Assembly (NCBI GenBank): GCA_004431415.1
Contig: QPMI01000184.1
Span: forward strand, 62,001 to 126,000
Direction: 5' to 3'
Source: Cyanophora paradoxa CCMP329
Lineage: Eukaryota > Plantae > Glaucophyta
DNA length: 64,000 nucleotides
Shown: positions 54,019 through 64,000 of the stretch, in pieces
Numbering within the stretch: position 1 is the stretch's first letter
How the letters are laid out: each line of letters begins with the position of its first letter
Made by a program: the position numbers and the translations under genes
The notes under the pieces: generated by a model
Told to the model about the DNA's origin: nothing
Databases searched by the model: none
What the model saw: only the letters and a program-made list of their open reading frames with translations

Positions 54019-55799
54019 CTAGAGGTGTCCAACCAGGCCGGCCATGGAGAGGGGGGTGAGGGGCACGGGGAAGCTGCTGTCGGTCCAGAGCCCCGGCGTG
54101 TTCGGGACGGGGGTAGCTACAGCTGCGATCCCGTCCATGGCGGCCATCATTGACCCCATCCCGCCGAGCGGCCCGCCCCGCAGCGGCTGCGCGCCGGGCT
54201 CGGGCTCGGGCAGCGGCGCGGGCGGCGCGGGCGGGGCCATCGCGGCGTAGGGCCCCATGGAGGGGTCCTGGAGGAAGGAGGCAAGCTGCCGGGGCGCGTC
54301 AGGGGGCGGAGGCGAGGCGGCCGGCGGGCGGGGCGGACCTCCTGCGCGACCGCAGACTCGATGATCGCCCGCAGCACGTCAGGCGCGATGCCCGCCCCCT
54401 CTGGCGCCGCCCCGACGCCCCCGCCCGGGGGCCGGCGGCGGCGCAGGCGCCCCGCGTGCCGGGGCGGGCGGCCCCGGGGCTTGCCGCTTGCAATTCGGCA
54501 GCGACTGCGGGGACTTGGTGGACGGCGACTGGGGGGAGTTCGCGTGATGCTCGGCCTTGACCCGCGCCGCCGCGGGGGCGTGCGGCGCCGGGACGCCGGT
54601 CGGCGGCGCGAAGGCAGGGCCGCCGGAGGCAGATGCCGAGCAGTCAGGGCTAGGGGGGTCTGCGAGTACCGCCTCCGAGGGGCTCGAGGGCTGCCCGAGC
54701 CGCCGCCCGATCACCCGCTCCTGCATCTCCTCCATGTGGTTCTCCGCCCACGACCACCGCGCCGCGCACTGAGGCGAAGGGGAGGCGTGAGGCGCGCGGC
54801 GGGGGCGGAGCGTGGAGCCGCGGACCTGCTCGGGGCGGAAGGTGCGGAGGACGAAGGGCTGGTGCTCGGCGGCGAGCCAGGCGTCGTCGCGCTCGGCCTG
54901 CGCGGCGAGCCTCCCCACCTCCTCGATCAAAGAGCGCAGGCGCCGCTTCGTGTCCATCGCCTGCAGGTATTGCACCTCCCGCGACGCCAAGAACCCCATC
55001 AGCGCCTGGCCCCGCCGCCTCAGCAACCGCCGCACGCTCGGGTGTCCCCGCGAGGGGGGAGGCGGGATCGCGCCTCCTTCTGGGCCTCGCTGACGGGATG
55101 CGCCTCGAACTCGATGCCGTCGAAGGCCATGTACACCCGCTGCAGGAACGGGTCGGTCGGCACTGCGGCGCCCGGGTCAGACGCAGAACGACCGGGGGGC
55201 AGGGAGGGGGCGGACTGTGGCCGCTTCGTCGCATCTGGAGCCAAGTCATCAAACTCCATAGGTTCAGCTCCTGCAACGCGGCGATCAGTCTCGCCAATGA
55301 CACGACGGAAGGCGGAGGGCGCTCACGACGTAAGCTAACGGGTGGATCGACTTTGCCAGCTCCTGAGCCATGCGAGTGACCGTATTTGATGCGATGTTAG
55401 AGCCTGCGCCGAAGCGATGTCAGAGCATATGACACCATCCGATACACTACACGCGACTCACTCCGCATGCTGTTTGTGATGAGGGCCTGCGAAACGGCAA
55501 GCGGGAGGCGCTTGTTCAAGGTCTGGAGGGCCTGCTGAACTCCTTCGCGCATCCCACTAATTGCATCTCCGCTTTGGGACTTCAAAAGCTCAAGCTCCCT
55601 TCGCGTCGCCTCCAGCTCCTGCCCAGGCGTTAAGCGTCCGCTCTCGCGCGCAGTGCAAACTGAAGTCCGGCATCCAACGCACTTCCTTCAGCTGCTGGTT
55701 CTCGGTCAACATTCCGATCTTGTTGTTCTTCTGCCTCGCCCTGAAGCGCCGGGAGGCCTCGCGGTTCCGAATCTTGCGCTCGTCTGAATCGCTCTCCAT
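54019..55799 (-). CDS. bZIP transcription factor, multi-exon
   Basis: ERKIRNREASRRFRARQK...LTENQQLKE basic region (N-x7-R) at the N-terminus. Confidence 0.75.
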
Positions 55800-56297
55800 T
55801 TCGCCGGCCGCTGTGCGATTGCAAGTGCCTGTGCTCATCGACCACACGAATCCGCACACGAAGGATGCGCTGCGCTCTAGATCTTCACGAATCAAAGCTA
55901 TCGATCGCTGCACTTGATCGCTGCAACATCAAAATTCCTTTCGCGGCCGCCAAGCTGATTCAAGCTCTTGATTCAGCTGCAGGACACGCAGGTTCAGGAT
56001 CGAGTTGCGGGAACAACTAGCACTTACTAACTTGCCTAGATGGACCTGAGATCTTCAAATTCAAGGCTTGGACGCTGAAGCACGCGCGCGTGCGTATGCG
56101 CCTCCCAGCGGAAACTTGAGCCTCTACCCCGCGCTCAAACCCCCCTCGAGACGTAAGCTCGAATCGTTGACGTCACACATCCAGTTACGTCAATCCAGGG
56201 ATTGTTTTCACCGTCATTTTTTAGTTGCGCGGATACCCCGTCGAACGTACAGTTATCGCAGGTTCCACTCCCCGCGCGCGCACTTCTCGACATGCAT

Positions 56298-57846
56298 ATG
56301 TCAGCCTTCGCCATAACTATTCCTGCCCCCGGGGGGCAGTACAGACTTGGGGCAGTACAGACTTGGGTTTCGGGCTCTGGACAGGCGAACTGGACATGCA
56401 TATGTCGCGCGCGCGGAGCTCGAGCTCTTGGACCTCCGGCAACTGCCTTCAGGCACGTCCGACAACTGCCAAGGCACTCGTTCGAGACATGTACAGCGCG
56501 CACGTTCGCAGGAGACCGTGTACGCGTTCGATCACCGGCCTGGCTGCCGTGCCCTCGGCGCCGGCCGCCGCCAGCGGCGGCTCCTGCGCCCCGGTCCTCG
56601 GCGGACCCGCAGGCTGCAGAGCTACAAGAGAAGCTGCGCAGCCCAAAGCCGAACGAGCGCCTGCTGCCGCTCGTCGCGCTCCCAAAGACGAGGATGTCCC
56701 GGGCAGTGGTGGACGTCATCGCAGGCGCCGTCGCCGACGATAACATCGTTGTACGTTGCGCGGCCTTGAACGCCCTCGGCAGCCCTGAGCGACTGGCGGA
56801 TCCGGCCGTGCGCGCCTCGAAGCGGCCGGCGCCTGCATCAAGTCGTAGCCGCCCGGCCTGATGTCTCTGGCAGGTCCGCGAGGCTGCGCTGGATCTGCTG
56901 GAGAGGGAGATCATGGAGCAGAAGGAGTCGCGGGCCCGCGCGGAGGCGGCGGCCTCGCTGGGGAAGCTCGGCGAGGCGCGGAGCCTGGCGCCCCTCCAGC
57001 GCACCTACTACGAGGAGGCGGTGCGCCACGGGCCGGCCGGGCGGGGGGGCGCCCCCGCAGACTGGGGGAAAGCGCGGCTGGGCTGAGCCGGCAGCAGGAC
57101 TGGACAGTCAGGCTAGCTTGCATGATCGCCATCGGTGCGCGGGGCCGGCGAGGCCCGGGAGAGGGGTCCGGCCGCGCCTGCGGCGGGTGAGGCGGGCAGC
57201 GGGGCAGGGAACCTGAGGCAGGCGGGTGCTCTGGACGTCATCCTCGACGCCCTCAAGCCGGGCGACGTCCCCGAGGCGAGCCGCCCGCCCCAGATCAGAG
57301 CGCTGCCCCGGAATGTCGAGCCCGCGGGGCGCACAGCTCCAGAAGGCCGCGGTGAACGCGCTGCGGAAGCTCGGGCCGGCCGCCGTCGCCCCCCACGTGC
57401 CCCGCCTCGTCGACGTTGCCTCCGGTCCGCCCCGCCCCGCCCCTGCGCCCCCTCCTCATGCCCCCTTTCCCAGTCCCTGCCAACACACAAAATCAGAGTG
57501 CGCGAAGGAGGGGGGCGCCTTCACGGTGCGGTGGAAGGTGGCCGAGACGCTGGGGGACCCCGAACTCCTGCAGGTTCGATCCCCGCCGGGGCGAGAGAGC
57601 TCTTGGGGCAAGGGTGCGTGCGGGGCGGCGGGGGCAGCTGCTGGAGGGGCCGGCGGCGCGGGCGGCGCGGGCCCTCCTCCGCCTCCTCGCGGAGGACCCC
57701 GACGAGGAGGTCGCCGCCGCCGGTACGCTGCCCACCTCGCGCCCCCGGTGTGCTTCTGAGGCCGAAACGTTCTCTGAGGCCCTCCGGGTGCGGCAGCGCG
57801 CGCGTCTCTGGAGGCGTGGGACGCGGCCGGGGGCGGCCGCTCGTAG
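56298..57846 (+). CDS. Plastid-targeted PBS-lyase HEAT-repeat protein, NblB-like
   Basis: MSAFAI transit peptide; DDNIVVRCAALNALG, RARAEAAASLGKLG, YYEEADWTVRLACMIAIG, LQKAAVNALRKLG, FTVRWKVAETLG, LAEDPDEEVAAAARASL follow the repeat order of cyanobacterial NblB. Confidence 0.72.
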
Positions 57847-58011
57847 CGGCGGTCCAGCGGGCCGGTCTGGATCAGGTCTGGCGTGTCGAATGTACAGGAC
57901 ACAGTCGGGTCCGAAAAAGCAAACGAAGCAGGGCATACAAAATTACAGCCGGCGGAAGTAGGATAGGCGCGAGCCTCGGAGCTAGAGCTAGAAACGGGCG
58001 GTGGCGCCGCC

Positions 58012-59696
58012 TCACATACGGTCCTCCTCGGCCGGGGGCGCCTTGAAGATGGGAAGCAGGTAGGCGAGGGCCGCGGCGCCGACAAAGGCCGCCGTGTTCT
58101 GCGCGGCCGCCTCGCGCTCAGAGCCTTCGATTCGAGCTCGGGGGGGCGGGGCGGGGGGACCTGGGCGAGGGGGAGGATGTCGGGCGTGCGGGAGACGATG
58201 GGACCCACGCCGAAGCCGATGAAGAGGGTGCCCCACAGGGGCGAGAAGAGGGCGAACCACGCCCAGTTCAGCCGCCGCGCCTCTGCCGGGGCGCCCCAGT
58301 TCGCCGCAGCTTGGAGTCGCGGGCGCTGCAACCTAGCGGGGGGTACTGGCACGCACCGCCCTCGCGCTGGCCGACGCGGAGGCCGAGGCCAGCGAAGAAG
58401 CCGCCGATGAGGCTGGTGGCCAGCGTGATGTTGTACTGCTCCGTCGAGATGCCGGGGACGGCGCGGCAGCCCCCCTCCCGCTCTCTGCGAGCGCCCCTCC
58501 AGCCGCCGCCGGAAGAGCGCCCAAAGGCGGGCGGGCGGGCCGCACAGGCAGGTCTCGATGGCGAGGAGGGCCTGCGAGATGGCCTTGTCCTCCCCCAGCT
58601 CCTTGATCGTGAACTTGTTCCCCAGGCGGCCCTGCAGGCACCCCGGCGTCAGCGCCGGGCGCGCCGGGCGCCCCCAGACGAGGGGGGGCCCTCGCCTGAA
58701 GCTCCAGCCAGAAGGCCCTCGGCAGGAGAGCGTACACTGCGGAAGGGCGCAGTTGGGAGGGGGGCGGGGGCGGCGCTCGGGGGGGCTCGGAGGAGGGGCA
58801 CCGTCGTCGCCGGCGCTGAAGGAGAGGATGTTGGGGGACGCCGGGTTCGAGATCACCTGCGGCCGATCCCGTGTCGGAGGAGGAGGGGGGTACGGGGGGA
58901 AGAATCGATCCCACGGGGTTAACGCGCACGCACCACGACGGCCTTCTTGTCGGGGAGGCCCCAGAACTCGTTGAGGGCCGTCCCTGCCGGCGCGGCTCGA
59001 GCCGCCCCGGGGAGGGCGCGGGGTGTTGCTGAAGACTCCGGCTCACCGGGCGTGTTGTCGGGGAAGGACGAGATGACGCGGAGCTTCCAGCCTGCCGCGG
59101 GTCCGTCGGCTCGCGGGACGGAGCTGGGAGGGGGCCGGGGCCGGGGCACCCGTGCGCTTCTCGAAGTCGATCAGCTCATCCGCCAGGCGCTTCTCCTCGC
59201 CGCGGGGGAAGGCCTGCGCCCGGTGGGTCGGGCTGGCGGGCGGGCGGGCGCCAGGCCGCGGGCCAGCGCGCGGCGCACGTTCGTGAGGTCGATGATGGGG
59301 GTCGGGTCGGCGGGGAGCAGCTCGGGGTTGTACACGGCATGCGCCGCCCCCGCCCCCGACGCCGCGATGGACGCCGCCGCGGCGAGCCCCGCCAGGCACC
59401 GCCGCCACTCCTGCGCGCCCCGCCGCTGGCCGTCCGCCTCGGACGCCTTGCACGCCAAGTGAAACGCCGGGGCGCCGCTAGCGGCGCCACCACGAGCACG
59501 CGACGCCCGGGCGAGGCGGTGATCGCTCAGCCGTAGCGGCGACGCTGCCGGCCGCGTCAGCGGCTCGACCGGGCCGGACTCGGCCGCGTCAGCGGCTCGA
59601 CCGGGCCGGACTCGGCAGGCGCGCCCCGTCCGACGCACCGAGCATGGAGTTGGATCCAGGCCGCGGGGACGCCAGCGGGATCACGTTTACGAACAT
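58012..59696 (-). CDS. Thylakoid-lumen TPM-domain protein (TL15.0-2/cyanobacterial YgcG-like) with C-terminal TM helices
   Basis: Bipartite presequence (MFVN...WRR-hydrophobic-AHA), then YNPELLP..TPIIDL, GWKLRV..TPG, FWGL, NILSFS.GD, LPRAFWLELQ.RLGNKF, GGCRAVPGI..EQ, LFSPLWG.LF. Confidence 0.82.
59550..59613. repeat. Perfect 32-bp tandem duplication inside the first intron of the TPM gene
   Basis: ggccgcgtcagcggctcgaccgggccggactc x2; duplicates the branch-point-like CTGAC on the minus strand. Confidence 0.85.
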
Positions 59697-60008
59697 GTCT
59701 GCGTTCGCACGTGGCGCGTGGGCTGCAGGGAGAGTGAAGCTGGCTCGGATGTGGTGTTGGCCCGAGTCGAATCGCCGTGATTACACCACACGTGCACACG
59801 CCAAAGCCCAGGCTCGCCGAAGAACTCTCGAACTGCGTACCCGGTCTTGAGCGCGCGCCGCGCAGCGCTGGCCTCCCACGCGAGTTGGAGCCGTTCGCCG
59901 GTGGTTCGTTGCGGTTCATAGCCTCAGAATCATTATCTGAACTCTCTGGACTTCCCCCGGCTGCTCGACCTGTGCTCCTGCGGCCGGCCACAGCGGGCCG
60001 CAAGGCAC

Positions 60009-63000
60009 ATGGAGGTCGGCTTCGCTTCATGTGTTGCGGCGCTGCCGGCACGCCACGCGGAGTCGGCCTCGGGGCCAAGCAGCTGCAGCTGCAATCAGAT
60101 CTGCCGCGGACCTTTTGATGATGCGGAGCGGCGGGGCTTCTCTGGTTTCCAGCAGACGCGGTCATTCTTCGTGGGAAGTCCCGGAAGAGCCGTGCTCCGT
60201 TTCTCGCTCCAGCGGATGATGCGCCTCAAGAGACGCGGCGTTGCACAGCCGAGCGGCGGGGCGCCCTCTTTCGCCCCTCGAGCAACCGTGGACGATACTG
60301 GAGGTAGCTCTGGGCCGTCAGGAGAGCCCGAGAGCCCCGAGGACGCTTTTCATGTTTGGAGGAGGGACCGCGTTTCGGAAGCAATCGGGTGCGCCGCAGC
60401 TGCACAGTTCCTTTTCGGCATCTCATCTGATGCGCGCCGGTGCAGATACCAGTTCTTGGCGGACATAGCCGGGAACCCCTACGTTAATCGGGAGGCAGTC
60501 GTCGCGGGGATCCAAAAAGTGCGCGGCTCTACGTGTCTCCCTTTCCTTTTCTTCTCTTTGTTCTGTTTAGCTAGCCCCCCGCCGCGCCCTCTTCACGCTC
60601 CATCGCCTTCGATTTCTGGCCGAATGCGCGCGTGCGCAGGCGCTGGACGGGGAGCCTTCGCCCCTGGGCGAGGACGACTACAACAAGGCGCTCTTCCAGA
60701 TGGAGCAGAAGGCGTACGTCGACGATTGCATCAAGGAGGGCCTGGACCCCGAGACGGAGATCAAGAAGGGCTACAAGCAGCGCATGGCGCAGGCGGTGCA
60801 GGACCGGGCGCCGGACGAGGCGATCGACCTGCTGGACAACATGGCGGCGAGCTGGGGCGTGCAGCCGGACGTCGAGATCTTCAACTGCCTGCTGCTCTGG
60901 CTGCTCGACGCCGGCGAGCTCTGGCGCGCCATGCTTGTTTTCAGGCGCATGCTCCGAACCATGCGGCCCTCGAAGGAGGTGCGCCCGCCCCTCACCGGCC
61001 CCACCGCCCGCTGCCCGCCCCCCCCCCCCCCCCCCCCCCCCCCCCGGCTACCCGCGCTGACCGTCCCGCGCGGTCGGTGCCTCAGACATACGACATCCTC
61101 CTCGGGGGTGCGCCCGGCCCGCCGCGAGCCGCCGAAGCCGCGCCGCGGGGCCCGCGCTGAGGCGTCGCGCGGCAGCGATGGGAATGAACTACGCGGAGCT
61201 GCCGGCGTCGTTCACGGAGGTGATCGCGCGGGCGCGGGCGACGGGGGTGCCGCCGCGCGTGCGGGTGTACTGGCTGCCGCCGGCGGCGCCGGAGAGCACG
61301 TCGCTGGAGGTGCTCTTCTCGCTGGAGCACGTCATGGGGCCGCGGGCCGACAACAGCGACCTCCTCGCGCGCTTCGGCGGGCCCGTCCCGACCGCCTTCC
61401 GCGAGGCCATCCCCGAGGCCTGCGCCGGCCGCGTCACCGAGCTCCTCGTGCGCCGCCAACCCCTCCCTCTAGACCCTCTCGCCCGCGCCCCCGCCCACGC
61501 CCGCCGGCTCGCCCGCGCAGTCGCCGACGGGGGCGCGGGTGCTGCTCTTCGGGCACGACCACACGGCGGAGTCGAAGGCGGCGATGGCGGCGCTGATCCG
61601 GAGCCAGCGGCCGGACACGGTCATGGTCGAGCTCTGCCGCGAGCGCGTCGCCCTCCTCGAGTCCCGCGACGAGTTCCCCCTCATCGCCTGGCTCTTCCCG
61701 GACCCCGCCGCGCTCCCCGTGGCGGCGGTGCGGGCGGCGATCGGGCTGGGGAAGCGGCTCGGGGCGGACATGCGGGGCCTCCTCGAGTCGCTGACGCCGG
61801 GCATCGAGTTCCGGGAGGCGGCCGCCCTCGCCGAGGAGGTCGGCGCCGAGATCTTCCTCGGCGACCGCCCCTGGACGGCGCGCCCCACCCCCTCGCCTTT
61901 CCGCTCCGACCCGGCTGACCGGCCCCGCTGCAGCTGACGCTGGAGCGGGCGATGGCGGGCTGCAGCCAGGAGGACCGCCGCGCCTTCCTCTCGCACCTCT
62001 TCGGCTCGATCAGCCAGTTCGACGAGGCCACGCGGCGCGAGGTCGAGGCGGAGCAGTCGGCCGCCCGCGCCGGCAAGGGCGCCGTCGCCGTCGACCCCGC
62101 CACGGGCGAGCGGCCCCCGATCGGCTCCCCTCTGAGCGGCGGCAGCGCGCTGCAGTCGGTGGCGGCGGCGATGCGGCGGGCGCTGCTCGCGCTCGGGCGG
62201 CGCGTGATGGGCCCCGCCGGCGAAGAGGCGCCCGTCGCGCAGCCGAAGCGGAGGCGGCGGCCGCTGCACCGCGGGGCGCGGCGGCGCTCTCGAGCGCGGC
62301 GGCGGCGGCGGCGGCGATGGCGAGCCTGGAGGCGCGGCGGCGCATCGAGGAGGCGCGGGCGGCTGACGAGAGCGAGACGGGCGTGCCGATCCTCTCCCAG
62401 CGCGCCCCGATGAGCCTTGTCCGCTCCACCTTCAACCCGGAGCCGAGCCCGCAGCCGCAGCCGCAGCCGCAGCAGCAGCAGCAGCAGCTGGTGACGCTTA
62501 TCCAGAACTCGCCGCTGACGCCGGCGTCGGCGCCGATCCTCCCCCCCGACCCCTTCTCCGCCCTGCCCGAGGTGGCGGCGGCGGAGGCGGCGGCGGCGCA
62601 GGAGGCGGCCGTGCGCGCCGCTATCGCCGCCGCCGCCGAGGCCAACGCCGAGCAGGCGGAGGGCATCCTAGAGCAGGCTGAGGCCGAGGAGGCGGAGGCC
62701 CTGCGCGAGGAGGCGCGGGCGGAGCTAGACGAGGAGGATGAGGAAGAAGAGGGGGGGGAGGAGGACGAGGAGGAGGACGAGGAGGAGGAGGAGGCGGGGG
62801 CGGCGGGGCTGACGGTGGGGGAGGCGGCGGCGGCGGGAGCCATCTCGGGCCACCCCGAGCTCACGCAGGACGAGTTCGACGCCTGGGTCAAGGTGCGCCC
62901 CCGCGGCCCCCTCGAGGCGCCGGGCGGGCCGGGCCGACGCCGGCGGGGCGGGCAGGCGGCGGGGGAGGCGGAGCAGCTGGCGGAGGAGGCGGCGGAGGCG

Positions 63001-63373
63001 GGGCGGCGGCCGGCGGAGGGCGGGGACTCGCTGCTGCGGCGGGTGGACGGGGGCCTGGCGGAGCAGTGGCCGCAGGCGTACGGGGCGCTGGTGACGGAGC
63101 GGGACGCGTACATGGGGGACGTGGTGCGCAGCCTGACGGGCCCGACGGTCGTGGCCGTCGTCGGCTCGAGCCACGTCCCCGGCATCCTCGCCCGCTGGCA
63201 CGAGCCCCTCGTCTCCCGCTTCATCATGCAGGTCCGCCCCCGCCGCCCCCCGCTCCAACTGCCCCCGCCTCCCATCCGTCCGAGGCGCCGCGCAGCACAT
63301 CGAGAGCGCGATGGGCCGCCTCAACGGCGGGGGCAGCCGCGCCGGCATCCAGGACCCCTCCCTCGACCTCTAG
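60009..63373 (+). CDS. Organelle-targeted protein with PPR-like motifs fused to a TraB/PrgY/GumN (TraB/Tiki) domain
   Basis: EAIDLLDNMAASWGVQPDVEIFNCLL..AMLVFRRML.TMRPSKETYDILLG (PPR); LLFGHDH..IRSQRPDTVMVELCRER, GIEFREA..IFLGDRP..TLERA, LVTERDAYM, VVAVVGSSHVPGI (TraB). Confidence 0.8.
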
Positions 63374-63890
63374 GGCCCGCCCCGCCTCCACCCCCTCACT
63401 CCCCTCGCCACCCCCGTACCGCCGTTTCGATCCCCCCCCCCCCCCCCCCCCCCCGGGCATCCGAGCACCTCGCCCCCTGGCGTCCGCCGGCGCTCCCGTC
63501 TCCAAGCCCCTCTCTTTCCTCGGAGGCCCGTGCTTCCGGGATGATGAGAGTTTTGGCTCGGCTGTTGTGATCGTATCCCTGGGCTTCGCGCAGGCTGGCA
63601 GCCCTTTCCGCTCCTCGTCCACATTTAATTTGTATTGCCAATGTTGCCATATCACGTCTGTGTTCACTCGTTTCGCGCCTACCGGCGGCGCGCGCCGCGG
63701 TGCCGCTAGCGCTAGCGCGCTGCCGCTGCGAGATCGAACGATCCATCACCTTGGCAAGAACTTGCCATCCAAGGCCGGGAGCTCTTGAGGGACTTGGAAG
63801 CGATGAGGCTCGGAGAGGAAGCAGCGATGGCGCTGAAGGGCCCGGGGGCTTTGCATCGCGATCGTGCCGCAGTGCCACTGGGCCCGTGGG

Positions 63891-63945
63891 GCCACGTGCA
63901 CTCGCCACGTGCGGCCACGTGCACTCGCCACGTGCACGTGCCACG
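63891..63945. promoter_or_regulatory. Cluster of five CACGTG (G-box/E-box) motifs
   Basis: CACGTG at 63893, 63906, 63916, 63929 and 63935, mostly in a GCCACGTG context. Confidence 0.4.
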
Positions 63946-64000
63946 CCGTGTCGGTGCAATATCGACTCGGCGAGCCGGCATCGAGTCATTCTAACCTTGA

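Overview
GC-rich eukaryotic nuclear DNA, gene-dense (about 20 genes) with many short introns (about 50-100 nt), micro-exons and a very high share of GC-AG introns. Most long ORFs in the six-frame track are intron read-through artefacts. Plastid-targeted genes with a Phe near the N-terminus (MAFVS, MQAASFVS, MSAFAI, MFVNV) and an NblB-like phycobilisome protein point to a glaucophyte such as Cyanophora (inference). Genes in order: DUF4062-NACHT-TPR (interrupted), LPA3, secreted NHL-repeat protein, TTD14-like, organellar GyrB, RPT6, SCAB-like coiled-coil/Ig/PH protein, TVP38/TMEM64, RPL13A plus a decayed partial copy, GID4, PH protein, endonuclease V, hybrid histidine kinase, thioredoxin x-like, DDX27/DRS1, hypothetical, BLOC1S5-like, bZIP, NblB-like, TPM lumen protein, PPR-TraB fusion. 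The most striking feature is a 5277-bp insertion (4118-9394) with one 4-bp TSD (CCAC) inside a TPR exon. It consists of two different LTR elements fused tail-to-tail: a 341-bp TRIM and a gag-only element. Both use the same tRNA-Pro-like PBS, lack an obvious PPT and carry tRNA T-arm/B-box motifs. Exon boundaries and family calls were made by eye, without database searches.
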